From positions 1-34,650 of the forward strand of contig ML992547.1 in assembly GCA_010093995.1 (NCBI GenBank): a stretch of DNA of 34,650 nucleotides, given 5' to 3'. Below the pieces are notes generated by a model, which was not told the DNA's origin, did no database searches, and saw only the letters and a program-made list of their open reading frames with translations. This document shows positions 8,396-19,110 of the stretch, one piece after another. Position 1 is the stretch's first letter, and each line of letters starts with the position of its first letter. This stretch comes from Elsinoe ampelina. Its lineage: Eukaryota. A program made the translations under genes and the position numbers.

Positions 8396-11300
8396 TCAAC
8401 GTGGTGTGGTCGGCTTGACTATGGGGTCTAAGATCCGTGGAGGCCGGCTCATATTCTCCGGCGTCCTGACCGGGGGTTGCTGACGTGGCGTGCCCCTTGA
8501 GGGCGAACCTGCGGATGGGCCTGGAAGCTGCGCATTATGGGTAGGCGGTGTCTTGAAGGGGTTCGTTGACTGTGGACGGGACATCGATCTGCCAAAAGAT
8601 GGGTACTGTGATGGCGTCTTCTCGGGACTTGCATTCCCTTGTGCGACTGGAGATTTCAGGACACGAACGGCTGCGGAAGGAGAAGGTCGTGGTTGCGGAT
8701 GTGGGTTGTGGCTTAACCCAGCACGTGGAATGGACCCGTTTGGCGAAGGACGAACGCCTGTCGCTTGCGACTGTATGGCGCTTCTGGCGTCTCCAGGATT
8801 GCAGTGCACGAATGGTCGTTGTGGCATAGCCGGAGGGACACTGCCATTCTGCATTTGAGCGAAACTGAAAATTGGGTTGTGAGGGCCGTTTGCTTGCCAG
8901 TCAGGTCTTGGAGGTGAGCCCGCTGGTTGAGGTCCCTGCGTGGACGGAAAGAATGGCGATGCTCCAGGATTCGGGTGGCGGACTGGTGCGGTTGAAGCTG
9001 GAGCTGCGAGACCAGACGCAGCGCTGGTGGCGTCTGCTCTGATCGTCGAAGGCGGCCGACCAGGCAGCTGTACACTCGGTGCGGTAGACGAGGGTGGCAC
9101 ACGCAAGGCCGTTCCTGGATTCTTCCTGAAACGGGTATAGCGGGAAATTTCCTCATCGCACTCTCGTTGTTCTTCGACAGTCAAGGGCTCGTCCTCCGCG
9201 TCTCTCTGCAGGGTCTCCATCGTCTTGATCCCACGAATGAAAGGATCTCCACCGTTGGTTTGAGCTTTGATGATGCGATCGAGTACTTGAGTGTCTTTCA
9301 CAGCATCTTCATCAATGTCGCCTTGTGGGACTGGTCTTGGTGAGAACAGCCAATCTTTCATGTGTCGCTTCGCATGCCGCTCTGGGTTTTTCTTGTCGAC
9401 AACTCTTTGGAAGAGTGACGACTTGAACAGTCCCATGTTGTATAGCTTGTCCTCGAAGGTGCCACCGGTGACGAATCGGTAAACGAAGACATCCTTCTTT
9501 TGACCAAGACGATAAGCTCGACCGACCGCTTGTTCCTCCCAAGTTGGATTGTATCCAAAATCGACAATGATTACTCGATTAGCGTCTTGCATGTTCAAAC
9601 CCTGACCACCAGCTCGGGTCGAGACAAGCAGAACATCATATTCGCCCTCGCGAAATCTGTTGAGGACCGCTTCTCTTTTGGGACCGGTCATGCTTCCATC
9701 GATGCGTGCCCAAGTGATCTTCATCTTGTTCAAAAGCTCTTCCATACAATCCAGTATTGGGAGCCTGTGGGAGAAGACAAGCGTCTTGTCCTTTGCGCGA
9801 CGGGCGAGCTCCAAGATCTGCTTGATGAGCACCATTCGGTAGGAGGCTGAAACGTCTGCATCGGTAGGGATCATGCTCAGCAGCTGCTCGGTCATTGCTG
9901 GGGTCAGCCCAAGCTGGGTGACTTCTTCGTCGCCGACGATCGATTGGTCTGAATCATCCTCAGCTGATGGAAGAGTAGCCGTCGTGTCGGGCTTTGGTGA
10001 CTTCTTCTTCTTCGGCTTCGGCTTCTCTAGTAATTTGTTTCTGAGCGCTTTCGGATGCGTGACCAGCAGAACAAGCAGTGAGATCCAGCCGAAGAGCTGT
10101 ATCTGGGTAACCTCTTTCTCGCCAAACTCCCCACGGACAAAGTCGACATACTGGTCGTATATCTTGGTCTGGAGATCAGTGGGCGGTATAGTAAGGTTGT
10201 ATTCAATCTTCGTAGTGAGAGAGCCTTTGAGAGCCATAATGTCCCGCCTGTGAATCTTGGGCTCGGTCTGCGTCTTCAGGATGGCAAGCTTCTTCAAGCT
10301 CTTTCTTTTCGCATAGTATGTTGCGTCATGGTATGTCCCCTCCTCGATCGGCTTGCCGAAGTCTGCCTCAAAGTCGGATTTGCTGCCGAGGTAGTTTGGG
10401 GCGACCCAATTCACCAGTGCGAAGATCTCGGCGGTCGAATTGCTTAGAGGAGTTCCTGATAATGCGATCCTGATACCTTTGAGCTTTGCAGCAGCTCTGC
10501 TGATCTTCGACTTTTCGTTCTTTAGAGCATGGGCTTCGTCGGCGATGATGATGTTCGCCTTCTCCCTCAAAATCTTTGTGGCGAGGATGCGGTCTTGCTG
10601 GCTCAGCTTGTTGATACTGCTCACTCGAGTGCCGTGACCCGGAGCTGATTCCGTCTCGGTAGACTCTGCAGCTGCTCCATCCTCGTCGCCATGGTCGTCA
10701 GCTTCGTCTTTGAGAAGGACATACTTTTGGAACATTGTGTATCCCATGACCAGGATCCCACCCGTCTCATTCCATTGCCTCAGGACGTCCAACCGCTCTT
10801 GCTGATCGTTCCCTGTAGCATCGATCTTGTAGACGTTGAAGAATTTGCGTTTGGGTGACCACATGTCGATCTCCTTCAGCCAGTTGGGAAGCACTGCTGG
10901 CGGGCATAGGATGAGAGCTCGGAGTTTTCGGAGAGGCTTTGGGATCTGTCGCTTCGTCCTCTCGTCTTCGCCAGCTTCTTGGAGCGTGACTAGGAAGGAT
11001 ATTCTGATAGAGTCAGTACAGCATGCGGTAAGTGACGGGCGATACCAACGCTTGGCAAGTTTTGCCCAATCCCATCGTGTGAGCCAGTATGCAACCTTCA
11101 TTCCCCTCCGCCATGACCTCTCGCCAAATGAAGCGGATGCCGTCGATTTGGTGAGGTTTGACCTTCTTCGCGATGGTCGGGTTAAGGTTGATAGGCACTT
11201 CGTCGTCTTCTCGCAGAGTATTGATCGTGACTTCATCGGGCGTGTCATCGCTCCCTGGGAGCATCTGTGAGAGTGCCATTTGATCGCTGGTTTGCTGAGA

Positions 11301-13777
11301 CTCCTCCGCCTTCTTCATACGCATGATGGCTTGACTGCGGTTGTTTTCGGCGACGATGTCTTTGGGTCGAGATCGCACACGTCTCACAATTGGCTCGCTA
11401 TCCTCATCGGAGGATGAGCCGAGCTCAAGGGTATCACCGGGCTCCATGAACCTGATATGTTAGTGCATATTCATACCCGGAATGTATCAACTTACTTTGC
11501 GATTCTGGGTAGGACCAACGCAGTGTATTTCGCCCATGCTTTCAGATCGAACTCGTTGATGTTATTATACATGGCTTCTGGGACTCTGTAGTCCCAATGG
11601 CTCGGATCCATCTGGAACCAGCATGCATACAACTTTGTGAACAAGACTGCTTCCAGACCGGCGTAAACATCTGTTCGACCAGCTTTCTGATCGAGCACTT
11701 TACGCACACCGTCGACAATCCACTTTTCTGGTCTCCGTTCCCCCTTCAGCTTCGTCGCCATTTGCTCTTTGAGTGTGTAATCGAGTGTGAGGATAACTTT
11801 GGAGACGATACGCTTGCGGTCTCTTTGCTCCATCAGAAGCGCCATGTCCCAGCCGAAGATTTCTTCTCGGGATGCTTCTTCTGGGTTGTCGTCAAATTGT
11901 GAGACTGCAGCTTTCGGCTTTGGCATTGTGGGCTGCTCAGCCGGGTCTGAGGACAAGATGACGATAGGGTCATCCTTGGAAGTGTGGCGTCCCATCTTTG
12001 GAGAAGACGGTTCTCTCTTCGGTATGACTAGACCTGAGTTTCTGGTAGCATCACTGGGAAGGAAGGACATATCGCTGTCCGACTTTGCTGCAGCATCTTG
12101 GAGATCGAGGTCCATGTAATCTGGCAATGGAGGTGGAGAAGATCCAGGCAGTGTGTGTTCCGAAAGCAGGTCTGGTGAAGCTTGATCTCCGATTTGGGCC
12201 TCTTGATCAGTGATGAAGTCGGTTGTCTCTTCGTCCATGTCTGGGATCTGCGCCGGTGATGGTAGGTCAGCGTGCTTGACCTTCGGAGTGACAGTGCTGC
12301 GTTCTGGACGAGGCGGAGGCGAGGCCCGCATCCAGATCGATCGCTCCCACTCGAGTTCTTGCAGATCCTCGACTGTAGCTTGTATGCTGCCACATTGCCG
12401 GACAAGGTCATCCTCGTTAAAGTATTGATTCTGCAGAATATCTCGCCGAAGCTTGAGTAGACGTTCGTTGAGGCTTGCAGCTCTCGCCTTGTTGATGCTG
12501 GCGAGTCGCTTGTGCTCTGCGCCGGATTTGCGGACAGATTGCCAAGTCTTGTATGCCCTTGATTGCTCAAGCTTTGGCAAAGCTTTTTCCGCCCAGTGGT
12601 CTCGATATGCCTGAACTACGTCGTCGAAGACAGCCTCAGCATCCTCCGCGGTAAACTTCTTGGACGATTCGGCTTCCGCTTCTTCGTCAATCTCTGCTTC
12701 CGCTTCGGAATCGACCTCGCTGTCCTCGCCAGATTCTCCGATGGCTGGTAAAATGGTGTCGTCTTCTTCTTGCCTGTATTTGGAGAGGAGATAGTCCCAA
12801 TCACCTGCGTCACCAGGGTGAGCGTTGTTGGTGGGAGCGCCTGAAGAATCAAGGTCTGGGTCTTGACGTGTTGCTCGAACCGCAGCATCGCCTTCATTCA
12901 ATCCTTCAAACACGGTGAATGAAGCTTCTTGACCCTTGGAGAGGCGCGCTGCATCGTAAGGCATGAATGTGACATGTTCTTTGCCATTCTTCTTGATTTT
13001 TGATTGGGTGGAGGACTGAAACAGGAATCGCATTTGCCGCTGCACGAAGAGACGACTTCCTTGAAGCTGCAAGGAAGCTGCTGTGAACGTGAAGACTTCC
13101 GAGGATGTGTTGTGGGATTGATCCTCCATTTCCGGCAAGGTTGGCTTTCCGACAGGTGTAGTGCCATAGATGACGTCGTCGAGTGACATTCTATGCTTCG
13201 GGAGGTGCGAGGTCTCAGCCAAGACCGAACGCTGAGGCGAGCGTAGAGTGGTGTCGGTACGGTCTCCTGATGGTCCTGGCGATTTGGACTCAACATTGTC
13301 ACTCAGAGTACCGGCCTTTTGAATGACGGCGCCGAGATCGAGTCGTCTGCGTTTGCGACCTTGAGCGTCTTCGACCAGGACTTCATCGGGACGCCGCTTG
13401 CGAGGAGAGATCGTGCTCGTCTCGGCCGGCGGTGTAGAAATCTGAGCTAGAGGTGGAGTAGAGGGTCGAGGAGTGGCAAGTGGGACACCATTCTCTCGAC
13501 AGTAGGCTGGAGAAGTCTTCTGTAGGCGTCTGATGGCATGAAGGACAGCGGATCGGCCTCCCAGCTTCGCGATGCCGCAATCATGTTTGAGAAAGTCGGT
13601 GCCAACATCCGAAAGCAGCGTCATGCCAGACACGCCTTCTTCAAGAAGAACATTTCCGAATGCTTCAGGATCCGGCAGCTGGTTATTTGGAAGCGTGTTG
13701 AAAGAAGCCGGCAGATCATGGCGAGCCCAACAAGCGACCTCGTCGACTGTCCAGTACCATGGATCAGCGTCGGGCAT
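8396..13777 (-). CDS. Snf2-family chromatin-remodelling ATPase of ATRX type (probable Neurospora SAD-6 counterpart), 3 exons, ~1763 aa
   Basis: Exons 13777-11496, 11451-11050, 11003-8396 join three track ORFs in frame via introns 11495-11452 and 11049-11004. Motifs: KPHQIDGIRF, GCILAHTMGLGKT (ATRX-like Walker A), DEAH, LSGTPL, STRAGGQGLN, EQAVGRAYRLGQ. N-terminal SAM-like segment (DPWYWTVDEV). Confidence 0.9.
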
Positions 13778-14272
13778 AGTGAATGTCTTGTTGGTGGCAC
13801 TATGCCATGAGTGATAGGTCTAAGGCAACTAAGGCCCGATGAGATTTCACTTCCAATCGCGGTGAGAATGCTGAGAATGCTGCAGAGGTATTCGAGCGTG
13901 GCGCGCAGAAGCTGTGTGGAAGGGAAGGCGCGACTTTGTTTGCAAGCAAGAGTATCGAGAATTGAGCAGTTTCCAGGACCGGGGGGGAGCGTAGGGGAGT
14001 AGAGGAGCGTAGCGGGATAGAAGGACGGTGTTACAGGCGTGCCAGCACGCGAACAAACACTCGTCTCCTTTGTGGTGATGAAGGGGCGATGGCAGCGGTG
14101 CTGTGGCTGTTGATATCGTGGGAACCCCGCCGTGCCCGCTACCGCTTGAATGTGTGCGGGCAGGTTGTGCCGAAAAACCTTCGGCAAAAGCTGCCGCTCT
14201 ACCTTTTGATGGTTGACGTGCTTGCAAATCGATGTTTCAGCTCTTCTCTTCAACGACCTCACGCAATTCGAG

Positions 14273-15966
14273 ATGAGTCGAGATGTATATCCAGAATACC
14301 CGCCAGACGTCTCGGAATTGCAGCTGCGTGATATCGTCACCAGCGCTCAAGACTGGTCGATAGCACACGGTCTGGCAGTCCGGCCCTCTCCGACCTCTGT
14401 CTCCAAATCACAAGATCCCACCACTTCTTTGGCCGTGACAGCCCCTGTCACGCTCTTTCCAAGTCCTTTCCCAAGGAACTGCTTCGACGATGCCTTGTCG
14501 ATTCAGGAGGCCTATAATGAGCTCTATGCTCGAATCGCGAGCGAGGAGTCGTGGTTGAAAGGAGTAGTCGAAGAGTAAGTGCTCCCTCTTGTTGGTGGAA
14601 GTGAATTGTAAGAGAGAAGAAATGATAAGCGAAGAGTACTATTATATATGGCTAACCAAGTATCCAAGACTAGTAGGAATAGATGAATTCATGGCCGAGT
14701 TGTGGAACATTCACAAGAAGGTGAAAGATGAAGGCTACGTGCAGGTGAGTAGGCATCAGATTCGAGGGGCGCAGTTCTCACGTGACACAGGATCTCTCAC
14801 TCGGCCTGTTTAGATCTGATTATATGGTCAATATTGATGCGGACAATACGACGTCAAAAGCCTCGCTTCGGCAGGTTGAATTCAACACAATTGCATCCTC
14901 ATTCGGTGGTCTCTCATCTCAGGTCTCAGCTCTGCACAAATTCCTACTGAAGAGCGGCATCTATCCTCCTGACATCTCGTCTTTGAAAGAGAACGACTTG
15001 ATTGAAAGCAACTCTGCTCGACTACTAGCCTCTGGGCTCGCCGAAGCACACAATGCTTATGGTCCGGGCAAGACTTCTCTACCCAACTGCGTTCTCTTTG
15101 TCGTCCAGACCCCTGAACGCAACGTCTTCGACCAGCGTCACCTCGAATACCCCTTGATCTACGACCATAGCATTCGCACATATCGTCTTGCATTCTCCGA
15201 GATCCTGGAGCACACCCATCTCGACTCCACTCGCACCCTCATCTATACCCCACCTCACTCGCCATCGACTCCCCACGAGGTCTCCACCCTCTACTTCCGC
15301 GCCGGCTACGCCCCGACGGACTACACTTCCCCCGACTCCTGGTCCGCACGCTTGCATCTCGAACGCTCACGCGCCATCAAATGCCCCTCGATACTCACGC
15401 ACCTCTCCGGCGCCAAGAAGATCCAACAAGTCCTCGCCACACCCTCCTCCCCTCATCTCTCCCACTTCCTGTCTGACTCCATCACATCCTCCTCGGTCCT
15501 TGCGACCTTCGCACCCATCTACCCGCTCGATACCTCCCCGGCCGGTCAACACGCCCGCTCGCTCGCCCTCAATCCCGCCACCGCCGCAAACTTTGTCCTC
15601 AAGCCCCAGCGTGAAGGGGGAGGAAACAACATCTACCGATCCAAGATCCCGGCATTCCTCAAAAGTATTCCGGAGTCGCAATGGCCTGCTTACATCCTGA
15701 TGGAGATGATCAACCCGCCGCCTCTCAAGAATGTAATTCTGCGCAATGGGGAGGCGCAAAAAGGCGGTGTGATTGGCGAATTGGGTGTGTACGGTGTCAT
15801 GCTGTGGAGGAACAAGATCGAGGAAGGGGAGCACACCGGTGTGGCGGAGGTCTTGATGAACAAGGAGGCAGGGTATCTACTGAGGACAAAGGGAGACACA
15901 AGTGAGGAGGGAGGGGTGGCTGCTGGTTTCGGGGCGGTAGATAGTGTGATGCTTGTTGATGTGTAG
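14273..15966 (+). CDS. GSH2: Glutathione synthetase (eukaryotic type), 3 exons, 517 aa
   Basis: Exons 14273-14574, 14669-14744, 14791-15966. Motifs APVTLFPSPFP, LGLFRSDYM, QVEFNTIASSFGGL, ERNVFDQ, YFRAGYAP, KKIQQ, LKPQREGGGNN, ELGVYG, EGGVAAGFG. Confidence 0.96.
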
Positions 15967-16042
15967 ATCTGGGAAGAAGCTATAGAGATATCTGATCTTG
16001 TCTACTTGATAAAGCAAGTGAGGGTGCATTCCCATACGGCCG

Positions 16043-18012
16043 CTACCTGAAGTAGCTGGACCTGCTGTCCCGCACCATCTTCAGCAGGATAGAATCGTCG
16101 TCCATTGGTGCCAACTTGATGTCGCCGGCAGAGACACGCTCGACCTGTGCATGCTCCTTGGGTGTCCACCCACTAATTGCTTTCTGGTACACCCTCTCCA
16201 ATATGTCCTTGTAGTACGGCTGGGCCAGCCAGCGATGCTGCAGAGCTTGGCGAGCAGTCATGCGCTTGTACTCGTTCAGCACGAGCAGACGCTTGATGAA
16301 ATCTTTCGGAGCCGAAGCGATGCGACCCCAAATGTCGTGCTGGGCGTTGCTGAGGTCTGAGAGATTGCAAACCAACGTACCGACAACATTGGGTGAATCC
16401 GCTGCTCCGGAGAGGTGCTTCTGTGACGTCGTCGGCATGGCCGTACGCTGGGAACATGTTGCCATGAATGGATAGTGGCCGTCGGTGTCCATCGTAATGC
16501 CCGCAATGGGCTCGTCCGAGTCTGCATCCTCGAGGCAAGCGAGGTCGATCTCGTCCATCTCCTCGACCGGGAAGAGTTCCTGCACGGATTGTGATGTGAA
16601 GAGGAGCGCCGTTATGGCGCCTACAGACCACAGATCGACGGCGCAGGTGTATCCAGTCTCGAGGAGATCACCATTGTTATCGAGCTGAACTTCGGGAGCC
16701 GCATATCCCGCCGTACCAACAGCCGTGTGCATTCTCTGACGATGGGTTCGAGCTAGCTCAGTGTGCCGGTCCGCAGCAGTGCGTTTCGCGAGGCCAAAAT
16801 CGGTGAGCACGACCCGGCCACCTGGCTCCCAGGCGTTCATTAGAATGTTCTCCGGCTTGATGTCTCGATGAACGATGTCGTGGCTGTGAAGGTAATGGAC
16901 AGCTTCGACGAGCTGCTTGATGATGACCGTGGCGTCCGCGTCTTGCAGTCCCGGTCTACCGTAGGTGTCAAGATACGACCACAGGTCGCCGCCGGTGATC
17001 AATTCCTGGAAGATGTAGCTGAAGAAGTCAGATATCATGCAAGCTGGCGATTGAGTCGACGTACATGGTGTGCTCCGACATGAAGATACTCTCTGCTCCG
17101 ACGATGTTGGGCTGGGAAGTGAGTCAATACGGGTAGTCGCAAGATGGCTTTGGCATACATGAGAAAGATCTTTCAGAATGGCAAGTTCCGCATATCCCTG
17201 GTCGAGCTTCTTCATCAAGCGCTTCTGCCATCTTGTCTTGATGGCGGACCATTGTGCTGCTTCACTGAAATGCATGGGCTTGTAATTTCTGTCAGATTCA
17301 TTCACGGCTTCTTCGCATGCCATGCGCGACACATGGTGAAGGTCGACGATCTTGCATGCGACTTGACGATCGCTTTTCTTCTCGTATGCCATGTACACAG
17401 CTCCGTATCCTCCATGACCTAGGGCCGACTTGGAAATCAAATAGTGGTCATCGAATGCCTGCATGGTCAGTTCAATACCCACCATGATGTTCTCTGCGCC
17501 GAGCATGTTACCTCAGCTTCCTGTCGTTGCAAAGCGTTCAGAACAAGTGACGGAGTAGTGAAGTTGGGAAAGGTGATCTGCAAGTGGACTGTTGGAGACA
17601 GTGCCAGAGTATCGCCATGTTCGATCAGGTTGGGCGCGCTGTTCCGATACAGCTTGATACTTCGGGTGCCGCCAGGGCCTTTCTTTGACAGAGCGGTAGT
17701 GTTTCTTGATATACTCTTCACGTACAGCATGGGCGAAATTGACGACTTTTCCTGCTCGTAGACTATGCAATGGAGGCGGACATGGGCTTTTGAGATTGTC
17801 GGCTCTTCAAGGCCAAGATGTTCTTCGACATCGGCCCTTCCGAGCATCAAGTCATCAGCCAGATTCACTGATATTGCGGCTAGGACCCTTCAGTAGAGCA
17901 TAAATAGAGCATACAAACACCTCAGACCTGTTCTTCCTGACACGACGTGAGTGAAAGTCAGATCCACTCTGACAGCAGACGCACTGCTTCTCTCCGTGCT
18001 GGCGAAGTCCAT
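16043..18012 (-). CDS. MEK1: FHA-domain Ser/Thr kinase, Mek1-like meiotic checkpoint kinase, 5 exons, ~591 aa
   Basis: Exons 18012-17928, 17879-17512, 17458-17159, 17111-17065, 17018-16043. FHA residues LGR...ISKAH...CIVYE...PMLYV..SRN, then kinase GHGGYGAV, VACK, HPNIV, ELITGGDL, HRDIKPEN, DFG, GTAGYAAPE, DLWSVG. Exon 1 relies on a weaker GTCTGA donor and is less certain. Confidence 0.82.
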
Positions 18013-18337
18013 GGTGTGTGGCGCTGCTACTGGAGATCTCAACCTGATGAGAGGTTTTTGGCCTTGGTATTACATGGGCAGAGCTCCAGCTTGAGCCTTG
18101 ATGCTCGAAGAAAACGCTCGAGGTTGAAAAGTGGGGGCGATTCGAGAAGGATGACATCGGCCTTGGTCCGTGCATTTTTCTCGGCACGCCCGCACATACG
18201 AAATTCAGCTTCGATTCTTCAGTTTCCTCCTTCCCACCAACGACACTCATTTTCATTTACCACCCAGGTATGCTCTGACTGCCCAATGTCTCTCATATTG
18301 CATTGTAGTGACTAATGATCTCCTGCAGTATTCGAAA

Positions 18338-18498
18338 ATGAGAGCCAAATGGCGAAAGAAGCGAGTTAGGCGGCTGAAGAGAAAGAGGAGAAAGATGCGA
18401 GCTCGAAGGTACGTCGAGGCATTAGCATTGGCACTGGCACCATTCCAGTGCTCAATTACCCTCTATGAAGCATCAATTGACACCTCTCCAGCAAGTAA
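18338..18498 (+). CDS. RPL41: Ribosomal protein L41 (eL41/eS32), 25 aa, 2 coding exons
   Basis: Exons 18338-18408 and 18492-18498 give MRAKWRKKRVRRLKRKRRKMRARSK*. Coding intron GTACGT...TTGAC...CAG. Further intron in the 5' UTR at 18268-18328 (GTATGC...ACTAAT...CAG). Confidence 0.96.
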
Positions 18499-19110
18499 AC
18501 GACTCGCCGACACCTCGATCCCACCGATCCACCTTCTCACGAGCTACCCACCACAATCCCACTAGCTCCGATGATCAAGTACGCACGATCACCACACCCC
18601 ATCATCTTTACACGGCTCATTCGCGACGCGGTGACAAGCGGAGGACCGAATCTGGAGGATGCTCAATGGGTTTGAGAAGGACTGTTCGGGGCAAAGTTTC
18701 CACCATCGAGGACAGCATGCGACGTTTGCGCACAACAACCACACTCGACCACTTCTAACACCGACGACTACTATAGCAGTGTTGTCTTTGAAGTTGTGAG
18801 GGGATAAGAAAGGAGTAGTCGATAGTATCCAATGGAAGATTGTCTGCTCTGCATCTTGTGCTCATTTGTGTTCATGCCACTTGACGAGTATCGGTCATTG
18901 TTCTCCTGCTATCATACCTTGAGCCAGCACCTTGCGCGCCTACTACATATGTATGGTCGGAGTGGTATGAGTCTGTTAATGTGGAATATGTTATCTCTTC
19001 ATTATGATTAAAATTCTATCTACCAAAGTGAAATCCTCGCATGCACTTTTGATCTATCATACATTTCTCCTCTGATCTCTACATGCTCCATCCAAGCATG
19101 TAGGTGCCAC

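Noticed and set aside
18170..18565. 131-aa ORF containing the L41 peptide
   Set aside because: Artefact of reading through the 5'-UTR and coding introns; splicing yields the canonical 25-aa L41.
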